Source: Vicugna vicugna
Lineage: Eukaryota
DNA: 64,000 nt
Direction of reading: 5' to 3'
NCBI GenBank assembly: GCA_013265495.1
Contig: MU061579.1
Span: 1,021,159-1,085,158, forward strand
The translations under genes were made by a program, and so were the position numbers. The notes beneath the pieces were generated by a model that saw only the letters and a program-made list of their open reading frames with translations, was not told the origin of the DNA and did not search any database. Shown one piece after another: positions 40,084 through 50,890 of this stretch (positions are counted from its first letter, which is position 1; every line of letters begins with the position of its first letter).

Positions 40084-41609
40084 ATCAAAGGTGTCTCACT
40101 CAATGCAGTCTATAAACATAATAAAGTTTGAAATACTATTTGAAACTATTCTTTCTGTATGTTCTTGCATTCCCATCAACTTATGAAGAACTAGTCAGTC
40201 ATTCTGTTTACTTTATCCTCTTCTAGTTTCCCTGACAATTTCAATACATGTAACCACCCTGCAACTTTGCTGTAATGGCAAGTTGAAGAATGGTAACACG
40301 GTCCCATTTTTTGGAATGGGTATTTGCTTTCTGTGGATAGGTATTACATAATTTTGCTGTCCACCACTGCTGTTTTAACTTTTTATTTATGTTCCTTTCT
40401 GTGTGATTACATGGTGTGTGAGATTTTTTAATTTTCTAGGATAGATGGTTTAATAAAATTAGATGAAATGTCAAGTTGCTGCTCATCTCTTTTCCTATAA
40501 CCCAATTTATAAATGAGGATGTAATTTCTTGGCAAAATCAAGGTTAGTCATAAATCAGATGCAAAAATTTGAGTTGCTTCTCTTCTAGCTTTTCTTTGTG
40601 TGAACTGAAAAAAAGACAGCAAAAATAAGCTGAAAATTCAAAATTACACAGATATAGAATTAACAGGAAAATATGCCCCTTTTTCATGAAGAGAGAGAAA
40701 GAGCAACCAGTCATTCTGGTCCTTTATGTGTGTCTGTGTGTCTCATCAGTTTAAATGACTCCCCAAAAGAAACCAAACAGGAGATCTCAATAGCAATCAG
40801 CCAAGGAAGAGTTTCTAATTTGAGAGTTTGTAATTGGGACACACAATGACCAAGTAATATTAACTTAATATTACTGAATGAGGTCTATATTTTGCCATGT
40901 GTATGGGAACTGAGAAAGTGGCCAAAAAGAAAAGACTGAAGAAGACAAAAAAGACAAATAGAAATAAGAGGTAGTGAAAGAGCCCATGGCACCTTCCAGG
41001 GCTCCTGTGGTTCTCTGAAGCCAGGCAAGCATACTTGCTTTGTTTTCAATGGAACCCTTGAAATTTTTATGAAAGTGTTACTTTCCGCATTTAACCTAGA
41101 CTATGTTATTTTGTGTTACTTTCTAACAGAATAATTCTAATAAAATCTATGTTAATGATAATGTTTAATGAATACTAACTCTATGTCAAGCGACATTTTA
41201 ATATTTTTTCAAGATTTTTCTCATTTATTGCTCTTCAAACTTATGTGATAAAAAAGTCTTTTCAATGTTATCAGTGAGTTAAATACTTGTATTTAACCTA
41301 TCATTAAGAAAGGAAATGAAATATACCTCTAAAGCTTGATACTTTATACTGACTTAAATTTTTGCATAGACCAGAGATAGAGAAATGTCAGTGCTCAAAG
41401 TTGGAATATTCAAAAGCTATTCAAGAGGTTTGCATGAAATGCAAAACTCATGAGAACTTTATCAGCAGGTTTTTAATTTGCTTTAAAAAGTTACTTTATA
41501 GTATTATGTATTTACATTTGTCAGAGTTTAATTCATGTGATTTCTTACACAAGCATTTCCTTAGCTCCTCCTCTATGCTCACACATCCATCCCCCAACAC
41601 TAAAAACAT

Positions 41610-41742
41610 ATATTATGTATAATGTAATATATAATATAAATATTATATCTGTAATAAATATTCATTATAATATTATAATGAATAAATATAATATCAAAAT
41701 TGTATAATGTATATTACATATGCAATATGTGTACATATATAT
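41610..41742. repeat. AT-rich low-complexity tract
   Basis: Degenerate TA/TAA/TATAA repeats, directly visible. Confidence 0.8.
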
Positions 41743-42526
41743 GATAAAAATTGGGGCTTAGAAGATATTTCAAAATTAAAACAAAGGGAATTGCTGTCAG
41801 CAAAGCACAACATTTTTTCTTTCCTGACTTTTTTTTAATGAACATTTTACGATTCAAATAATTACTTAGAAGAAATTATTCATAGCGAAAGCACACAGCA
41901 AAATTTTAAGTGAATTTTGTTCCCCACAAATGCAAAATAATGCCTCATGTATGTTTCAGCTTACATTGGAAAGAACAAAATAAATTGTTTTTAAACAAAG
42001 ATTCAAACTAATGCTATTGTATAATTTTAATACAAGTTTTAAATATAAATAAAAATTAATGCTATAATAACCTAGTAGCTGAGGTACACAAGAGATTCAG
42101 GATTTAGACAGATGACAAAATCTTCATCAAATACATACTGAGCATCCACTCTGAGATAGGGCTGTGTTTGGGTTGAAGCTGTAAAGAAAAATCTTGGTCT
42201 TCATAAGGCTTATAGTGTGTCCTCTGGTCAAGAAATAGTTAATGCAATAGAGATTACAAACCTAGGAAGGGAGACTGGGTATAGTGAGTCAGTAAATCCG
42301 TGTGAGAAGCTAGAATCCAGGAATCAAATTGTAGGAATCAATCCCCTGACTTTTTACAGATGGTTGTGGAAAGTTTCTTTGAATTACTAGCTATTCTGAG
42401 GCTCACAGAGTTGAGTGGGACTAGCTGACTCAAAGGATGGGTGAGTTATTAGACAAACTGGCTGTACTAATGCTGTATAAATCAGGAACAATTACTTTGA
42501 GTCTAGATCTTTTTAAGTTTAATTGT

Positions 42527-43026
42527 TATGATGTTTAATTTACTGTGTCAGCCTGGCTAGGCTATGGTTGTTTGGTCAAACACTAGTCTGGATGCTGCTC
42601 TGAAGTTAATTTTTCAGATGGAATTAACATTTCAATCTATGAACTTTAAGTAAATCAGATTACCCTCCATGATGTAGGTGGGCCTCACCCAATCAGTCAA
42701 ATGCCTTAAGAATAAAGACAGGTTTCCTAAAGAAGAAGAAATTTTCCTCAAGACTTCCAAATGGGAACCAGGCTTGTTTCCAGATTGCTGCCCTGGGGAA
42801 CTTGTACTCGGGAATGCACCGTTCACAATTACCTGGATGTCCAGCCTATCCACTTTCCCTACGTACTTCAGGCCTACCAGCCCCCACAATTGCTGAGTCA
42901 ATACCTTAAAATAAATTCCTCTCTCCCACTCTCTCCCTCTCTCTCTCTCCATATATACACAATTTATCTCCATAGGTTTTGTGTCTATTATAGGTCCTAT
43001 TTCTCTGGAGAACCCTGATTAATGCA
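42527..43026 (+). mobile_element. MLT2 (ERVL) solo LTR, MLT2D-like
   Basis: 'tatgatgtttaatttactgtgtcagcctggctaggctatgg...cagattaccctccatgatgtaggtgggcctcacccaatcagt...ttctctggagaaccctgattaatgca'; near-TSD attgt (42522-42526) / attgc (43027-43031). Confidence 0.85.
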
Positions 43027-43672
43027 ATTGCATACTTTGTTGTATCCGTGTACATTCATGATGAAAATAGTTGTTTCAGTGTCCCCATTTTCCCTTCCCT
43101 ATGCCTTCCAGCAAGGTGAGGTGTGATGTGACCCTTCCTTGTGCCTTTGGCAATGGACCTTTCACTATTCTTCTCCTCCCCATGGGTATTGATTAAGCTG
43201 ATTCTCTGGCACACAATTTTGTGCCTATAAAACTGTATCCCCAGTTGCTTTCAAAATACTTTTTTGATAACTTACAGAACCACTTTTTAAGAGTTGGCTC
43301 AGCTAGCCTTGTGTAGGCTTCTGGTCCTATCCCCAGTGGCTACCCTCCAGCAAATGCTGCTATCATTTTTATAACAAAAAACTTTTGTGAGTCGCAAGAG
43401 CTCAACAAAAGCTCCTTCAACTCAATAATTTTAAAAAACATAAAACCATTTGATCTAAAAAATACCGAGCATTTAAGCTTACCCCTCCAAAACTGAGGAA
43501 CAAACTGCTTGTGCCCTTTGCTGCGTTAAAAGTCTTTGTGTTTTCAGTATGACAGTAGCACTAGATTGGCAGAGGAGAAAGAGAAAGACAGAGAGACAGA
43601 AAGAAATGGTCTTTAAGTTGTAATATCATTTATCTATTTTCCAGTGGAAATCCTGTTGTCAGCTTGTCCTTT

Positions 43673-44151
43673 TAATTGTATGTTTACTGAGAAAAGTAAA
43701 GGATTTATAATTAAGAGGTATTCAAAATTCTACCTTTTCTCTACTGCTGAATTTTTACAATAAGTAAAAAAAAATGCTCAAAGCATTCACATGTTGACAG
43801 ATATTGATACTTGTGTGGCATGTCTCTTGATATTTGGGCAATGTGCTAAACAATTTGCATAATAATAATAAGTAAGTAGCAACTGGCTCCAGGATGTGGT
43901 TTATTTTCTCAATTCAAGGTGGTTCCTTCTGGATTTGAGTCTGAAATTCTAAAAAAGTATAATTTTACATGAAATATCATTGCTCAAACTTATCTTCACT
44001 CTTTGTTGACAGTTAGAAAATGGAATACAAAAATATGCTGCTGGGTTGACAGTTGTCAGCAATTATTAAGTTTCTGTTCAGAGAAATAATTATATGTTTA
44101 CTAAGAAGAGAAAAGGATTTATAATTAAGAGGTACTCAAAATTCTACCTTT
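43673..44151 (+). repeat. 65-bp dispersed direct repeat (43673-43737 and 44087-44151)
   Basis: Copies align without gaps with 5 mismatches by manual comparison. Confidence 0.9.
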
Positions 44152-45129
44152 AATATTATTTCTAAAACTACAAAAAATAAAATCTTGTAGTGTTTTATAG
44201 CAGATTCATTTCACAATTAGATAATTTTGCTCCAAATTTCCTTTCTCATCTCACTATGCCCATATGTATCCAATAGATAGATCCCATCTTTACACCACAT
44301 TGAACTTATCACTATCCAATGATTATAACATCCTGATTATCTCTCCTCCAGAAAGCCTTTAGTGCTCTCCTGTAACTAATATATTTTAACAATGAGTTTT
44401 CTGATGTGTAGGTTTACCTCACACTCTTACATGAAACCTATTCTCTCACCTTTGCTGTTGCAATAGAATATACATCTATGGTAAGATCTCCCACTTCATA
44501 TGAGGGTTTTGTTCAAAGCATCTCCCTCTGATGAACTGTGATCTCCTTGAGGAAAGAGAACAAATCTCACTCCTCATTATTTATGTCTGACATAGCATAT
44601 ACCTATCTTACTCATACCACCCTGATATATTGAATTATCTTATAAAAATATATGAAGAAAGTATATAAAGTAAAATATCAGTGTTAAAAGCATTAAGCAA
44701 GAAAGTCTACACATACTAGTTTTCTACATTTTAAAGTTTTGTGCATTTTCTTTCTAATGATAGTTTCACTGATGTTCTTGTCTAAACATGTATGTTTAGT
44801 TCCATCGCAAAAATTCCAAAGTACTTTTTGCTATCTGGATATGTAAAGTACAGTAATTTAAACAGGAAATCAGCTTAAAATTTTACACAGTCTACAGAAG
44901 AAGTGATTAATCTAAGTTTACCAGAGAAACTCCTATGAAACTTTAACAACAAAAAAATACATTTCCTGAGTGCTACTCCTGGATAGTTTGATTCATTGGA
45001 GACGTATATCAAAGAAAGGTTCAAATGTGAGAAAAAACTACAACTGTGAATTTAAAAGTAAGAACATTTTTAAAAAGGAGACACAAGTGGAATGATAGGC
45101 CACTGTGGGTCAGGTGGCAGCACTGAGCA

Positions 45130-45992
45130 ACTCACTTATTTGTGTATGTATTAGATGCCTACTTTGCACCATGCATTGTTCTAGGTTTTAGGGTATATAT
45201 ATCAGTACAACAAAATTGATCCTTGCCCCTGTGGAAGTTATATTCTGCCAGTGGAAATTAGATGATGAATAATTAAAATAATAAAGATGTCAATTTATGG
45301 TTGTTAGAAAGTGGAAAGAACTGTGGAGGAAAGGTGACAAAAAAGGGGTCTAGATGAATCCTATGTTCTATGCTGGAAAGAGAATTTCAGATATAAATAG
45401 GATGTTGTAGGTTAGCCTCATCACATAATGACATTTGGGTAATGGCTTTTGTAGGTGAGGGTGTTGTTCAGGTGGATAGCTGGTGTCAGTGAATTCCAGG
45501 CAGAGGAGTGTCTGATTTAAAGCTCTAAATTAAGGATGTGCCTGGAGTGGTGAAGAGTCAGCAAGATTAGTTGCGTAGCTAGAGTGAAATGTTTGGAGTG
45601 AATGGGGACCGTAGTGAGAACAGAGATCCAAATAATGGGGTAAGAAACAGATTATGTTGGGTTTATGGACCATTGTAGTGACTTTGTGTTTATACTCAAT
45701 GGTAAGATGAGTACTTGCAGGCTTTTAATCAGCATATTGCCATGACCTGTCTTAACAGTTTAAAGGATGACTTGGTCTTTGTGTTGCAAACTGAATACAT
45801 ATGGACCAGAAAAGAAGGATGTGTTAAGAAGCTATTACAATAAGCCAGATAAGTATTGATGATGGCTTAAACCAATGTAATAGCAAGAGAAAATGTAATT
45901 ATTTTCAAGTAGAGTCAAAATAATTTATCAACGTATTAAATGTGGAACATGAGAGACAGGGCAGCCAAGAATGATTCCAAGGACTCTAGCCT
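45130..45992 (-). mobile_element. L2 LINE (L2a-like) 3' region
   Basis: 'tgcctactttgcaccatgcattgttctagg...ccttgcccctgtggaagttatattct...aattccaggcagagg...ccaagaatgattccaagg'. Confidence 0.8.
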
Positions 45993-45999
45993 CCTACAT

Positions 46000-46466
46000 T
46001 TAGTGCCTAGAGTTCCTATCAGTGAGACCTATAAATGTCACCTTACATGGGGAAAAGGTTTTGCGGGTGCCATTAAATTAAGAATCTCAAGATGGGGAAA
46101 TTATTCTGGGTTTTCTGGATAGGCCCTAAATGCAATTACATGCATCATAAAAGAGGGGAGGTTTTACATACAAACACACAAAGAGAGGAAGTGAAGATGA
46201 AACAGAAATTTGAAGATGCTAGCCTTGAAGACTGCAGTGATGCATATGCAAGCCAAGGAGTGCTGGCAGCCACAAGAAGCCAGAAGAAGCAAGAAACAGT
46301 TTTCCTCTAGAGCCTCTAGAGGGTATATTTTCTTACCAATACCTTGATTTTGACCCAAGGATATCAATTTTGGACTTCTGGCACCCAGAACTGTAAGATA
46401 ATTTCTGTGGCTTTAAGGCACCAAGTTTGTGGTAATTCGTTACAGCAGCCACAGAAAACAAATACA
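46000..46466 (+). mobile_element. MaLR LTR (MLT1C/D-like)
   Basis: 'gtcaccttacatggggaaaagg...ttaagaatctcaagatgggg...ccaccttgatttt-like...gtttgtggtaattcgttacagcagccacagaaaacaaataca'. Confidence 0.85.
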
Positions 46467-47063
46467 GATACTCCAAATTGGTGTACATTGTACTCCAAAT
46501 TGGTAGTAAAAATGGCAAGTCCCATGGTAATATATGAAAGCCCACATTGTTCTACAATGTTGTCAACATTTGGTACCAACACATTTAAAAAAAAATTTGC
46601 TAATCTGACTGGTGAGAAGTTCCAACCATTTTTGTCTTAATTATACTTTCCCTGTTAATACTCAGACGGAGTGTATTTGCATGTGATTATTGACCATTTG
46701 TATTTCCTGTCATGACCTTTGTATTTTTCTTTTTGATTTATAAGAATTCTCTATGTATTCTGCCTGCTATATAATTAAAATTTTTTTTCCATAATGGGGT
46801 CATCCGAAAGATCGCATTTTTGATTTAGAATATTTCTTTGTTTATTCCTAACTTTTGAATTTATTGTTTTCTTTTACTTTGTTTTACATGATATGCCCCA
46901 TATATAAACATATTTTTATATTTATTTTTTATAGTTTCACAATTTCTTTTAATGTTTAGACCTTAAGAATTTTTTTTAATTATATGAGCTACTGATATGA
47001 ATGATTTTTACCTCAGACAGACAATTTGCTTTAAGATGATTACTGGATAGTATATTCCTTTTG

Positions 47064-47731
47064 TGTGGGAGCCCATGATTGGGTTAACAAATTGTAACAG
47101 ACCCCAGCCACTTGTCTCCTTAAAGAAGAGCAAATGTGCTTAGTAGGCTTTAGGTAGCACTCTGTTCCTTGCAAGCAACGACCCAGGACCTTGGCTATAA
47201 ATGCTGGGCATGCCTGCTGTTAGATAGTCTTCTATCCCCAAAACAGCCTTGGGCTGGAATGGTAAACAAGTTATAAAAAGCTGCAGACTCAGAGGTGAGG
47301 AGGCTGGTTAGCGAGTGACGGGTAAGATCCCCTGAGGGGGGCAACCTAAGACAGGCACAGCCGCCCGAGTCCAAGAAAAATGTTGTTAAGCAGCTGTTTC
47401 TCATACATTCTGCCCTGATAAGCTGTAAGTCTCGCTGGTGCCAACACGAACATGATTTACCAAAATATAAAGGGTCTTCTGACCTTGAGCCAGATGCCAA
47501 CAATAAACAAAGCCTTTGTACTCATTGTGATCCCACTCTGTCCTTCCCTAAATTCCTGCATCACACAACTATTAGTGATTTCTCCTTTGATTGTACACAA
47601 TAAATACAGGAGCATTTGAGAGGTTTGTGGAGTTGGCTCCTGACTCCCTCTCGCTCTCTTGACTTTTTCCACGGAGTCTCAAGTAATTCATTCCATCTTG
47701 GCCAGAACACACAACTGGTGATGAACCCACA
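47064..47731 (+). mobile_element. Solo LTR of a class II (ERVK/betaretrovirus-like) ERV
   Basis: Inverted termini TGTGGG...CCCACA, perfect 6-bp TSD CTTTTG (47058-47063 and 47732-47737); TATA-like and AATAAA motifs on + strand (AATAAA at 47502 and 47599). Confidence 0.88.
47302..47362 (+). promoter_or_regulatory. CTE-like (NXF1/TAP-binding) RNA export element, single unit
   Basis: TGACGGGTAAGA (47316-47327) ... CAACCTAAGACAGGC (47342-47356) match the two arms of the MPMV/SRV CTE internal loop as recalled; hairpin CCCC-TGA-GGGG between them; GGCTG/CAGCC outer stem. Confidence 0.7.
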
Positions 47732-48879
47732 CTTTTGCACTGATTTGAAGTACAAACTTCATTATACAATAGTTAGATTTTCATTTTTTGCTTTCACTGA
47801 TCCATTTAATTATCTTTCCACAAGAATCACATTATTTAATTTTATATAGATGTATGATACACTTTTTATATATAAAAGATCAATTCCCCTTTCTGTTTCT
47901 CCTTTTAAAAAAATTGTCTTCGAGTACAATTTTGGTATTTACTCTTCCATAAAAATGTTACTCTTCAGTATTTACTCATACATACAAATTTTAGAATTTT
48001 ATCAGTAGCTCAGGAGCTCTAGAAAAATAATTTGGATGCATTGATGAAGCACTTGATTTATGTATTAGCTGGACAGAAAAAAATGTTTATTTAGTTATCA
48101 CAGTCTAAATTAAAGTATTTAATGTATATTTTAAAATTTTTCTTATTTGATTAGTATTTTGAGAGCTGAGAGAATATATTATTTCAAAGTGTTCATATTT
48201 TATAAAAATAAACACAATATTAATTTTATTATAATTGTGTATATATCATTGACTCTAAAGTATGAATTTTAATGGCCAATCCTATTTACAAACAATTGAA
48301 CAAAGAAAAAAAACATCTCAACTACACTATGAGACAATCTCTTTCATCATATATGTTTATTTTCTAAAAGAGCTGTTTTCAACTTAATTAGATATATGGT
48401 TATACATAATTTTTGCATATACCTTAAAAAGGCAGCATAAGTGAATTGAATTAAGATTTTCCTAAACTCTTTCACTTCTATAGTATAAATTTATCTTTTT
48501 AACTCATGAGCCTCATGTCCATGTTTTTAAACACAATGTCATCCTGAATGCCATCAAGCCCACTGTGATATGGCATTTGTTGAAATAGTCCATAAAAGGG
48601 CAGAAGCCATTAGGTTCTGTGTCATTAAGCTAGTTTTGCCTTTGTGGAGATCTCATCATCTTTTGGCTCTGATGCTGACATGCTGCTGAACATATCTGAT
48701 TCATCACCTCCCACAAGTAGTCATTCCTGTAGGGTAAAAGACACCTCCACTATTATCTGTAAGTTTTTTTTTTTCTAAACCATTGGAATGTAATTTAAAT
48801 ATTTGGATACAGGTGGCTTTGTTGTTCACAGATCCACAAACTCAATTATATCTGACTCACCTGGCCAAAGTAATCGTAT

Positions 48880-48962
48880 AATATCACAAATTAAAAGAGG
48901 TATCCTGATTTCAAATATATTAAAATATGAAAAATGTGCATCTTAGAATAAAGGAAATGTAG
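48880..48962. mobile_element. Possible TcMar-Tc2 (MER104/Kanga-like) terminal fragment
   Basis: 'gtatcctgatttcaaatatattaaaatatgaaaaatgtgcatcttagaataaaggaaatgtag' resembles the recalled terminal sequence. Confidence 0.45.
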
Positions 48963-50364
48963 AATTTATTTTATTTTGTTGGAGTGTATCCTGTACTCTA
49001 AGATATCAGATGGACAATGGACATTTCTCATAAAAATTTTAAGGGAAAGCATTATAGTATTTGGAATTATCTACAGCCATTCAATGTGAATACAATGAGA
49101 TTCAGCAATAGAAAAATGAGATGGAAATGAAGGAACACATAGTAACAAAATTAAGTCATCAGTAGAGACAGAAAAAAATTTTTCTTGCTGCAAAAATTTG
49201 AATCAGCAATATATAGAACAAATTTAGGCATTCTCCAAACAGGGGGAAAAAAAAGTCCATGAATTTGAACTTGACTGTTAGTGAGTTTTTTGGGCCCTGA
49301 TTCTTGCTTCTTTTCTTTCTGAAAATTAGCTTCTTTCTTCCTTGTAATTACAGACCAGTTTCTGCAACACAGGAGAAGGGAAAGGAACCTAGTTGCTAGT
49401 AGTCTGGGCTCATATCATCTATTTGCAAAACATTTGCTGTATCAGCTTCACCACTTAAACTTTAAAATTTTCTCTCTATGGGAGGTTGCTAAGGGATTAG
49501 CCCTACATCATTTTCCTTACCTTGGGCCACATAATCCTGGTTCTACAATGTATTAATTTTACTTTAAGACAGCAAATCTTGTGGTTAAATAAGTTAAGAA
49601 ACTTTTCCTTCAATCTCTCTTGGAGACTTAAAAATATGTTACATATGCAGAGAAATCTCACAGTGAAAAAGAAACCTATTTAAGATCGTTGTTCAATTCT
49701 TAAAGAAACATTTCTGCAAGGGAAGGCTTACTTCCCTGCACAATAATTAACAATTTTCCCTTAATTCTGGTCTGGTTCTTGCTTCTCTGGCAAAAAGAAA
49801 GGATCCTTTTCAAGTTCATATTGTGTTAAAAAAAAAAGAATAATTGAGATAGAATTATTTAAATGACAGGACAATTGTCTGGTTTGCTCATCCAAGTGCC
49901 AATACCGAGTATCTAACAGAGACAAGTAATATGTATCTAAGAGGACACTTTATATAATAGTAGCTGGAAACTCATGACTTCATAAAGGAAAAATAAATGA
50001 CTTTGTTAAGATTAACTTAACTTATACTATTAAATAGAAGAAAATAGAACAGTGTGATTTACTATACATATTCCAGATCTCTCTAGTTCATGACTATGAA
50101 ATAACTCCCTTTTCCTTTTAAACACAAATTATATTAGCACAGCTCTTAGCTGGTTTAATTGTTGGATTGTTGGTAATTTTCTGCCCTTCTTATTCCTAGA
50201 AGTACCCAGAGTGTTTCATGATAAGTCTGAAAAAAAAAAAAAAAGTCTGTCAGCATAGGGTCCCACAGGACATCCACACTGTCGTTTCTCTCTTGATCTG
50301 GCCCCAGCTTGTGAGTGGTGACTACCAGCGAGGCCACCAGCAGAGCCGTAGCCAGTGGGCTGCA

Positions 50365-50890
50365 CCAGTGATACTGGCCAAAATGTCCTGAGTGTCCCCC
50401 CTTTGTGTGACTACAATTCAGGCAGATTTCTTCCTGACTGTGTCCTGCCTCCTTTTTCTTAGCACATTTACTTTACAAACTTATGGGTAATTCCCTCTCT
50501 CTCCTTGGAGAGAGACTCCTTTTAAAGACCTCTTCCCAGTTTTCCAGCCCAGGAATATCTTCCTCAAGGATCTGAGATAGATCTCTGTGAAATGCAAACA
50601 TTAAGGTCCCTCATCTTTCAGTTTATGTTGGAATGTAGGACCCTAACTTTGGTGGTCACCTTGCTCCAAGTTGTACAACAGACTACCTCCTGTCACAGAG
50701 AAAACTTACTTTTTCTGTGTATGATGCTAATTAGCAAATACAGACATTCGGTGCTTCTGCTCATCTCAGCAACTTAAAAATCCTCCCGGTCTTCGTTTCA
50801 GCTGAGTTCAGCTTGAGATCTGTTTTCTCTCCTAAATGGTAATATTCTATTTAACTAATATTCTGTTAACTTTAATTTTTGCTTCGGCTA
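50365..50890 (+). mobile_element. Old ERV1 LTR (MER34/MER39/MER67-like group)
   Basis: 'cttagcacatttactttacaaactt...caggaatatcttcctcaaggatctg...gtaggaccctaacttt...caccttgctccaagttg...actacctcctgtca'. Confidence 0.65.

Larger units (their letters stand above)
46480..48070 (-). mobile_element. Degraded old L1 (L1ME-type), interrupted by the LTR at 47064-47731
   Basis: 'aatttgctaatctgactggtgagaa...ttattgaccatttgtatttcct...tataagaattctctatgtattctg'; L1-like sequence resumes after 47737. Confidence 0.5.

Noticed and set aside
931..44151. CRISPR-like or prokaryotic systems suggested by short direct repeats
   Set aside because: Only two-copy repeats, no repeat-spacer array or operon structure; the DNA is clearly mammalian
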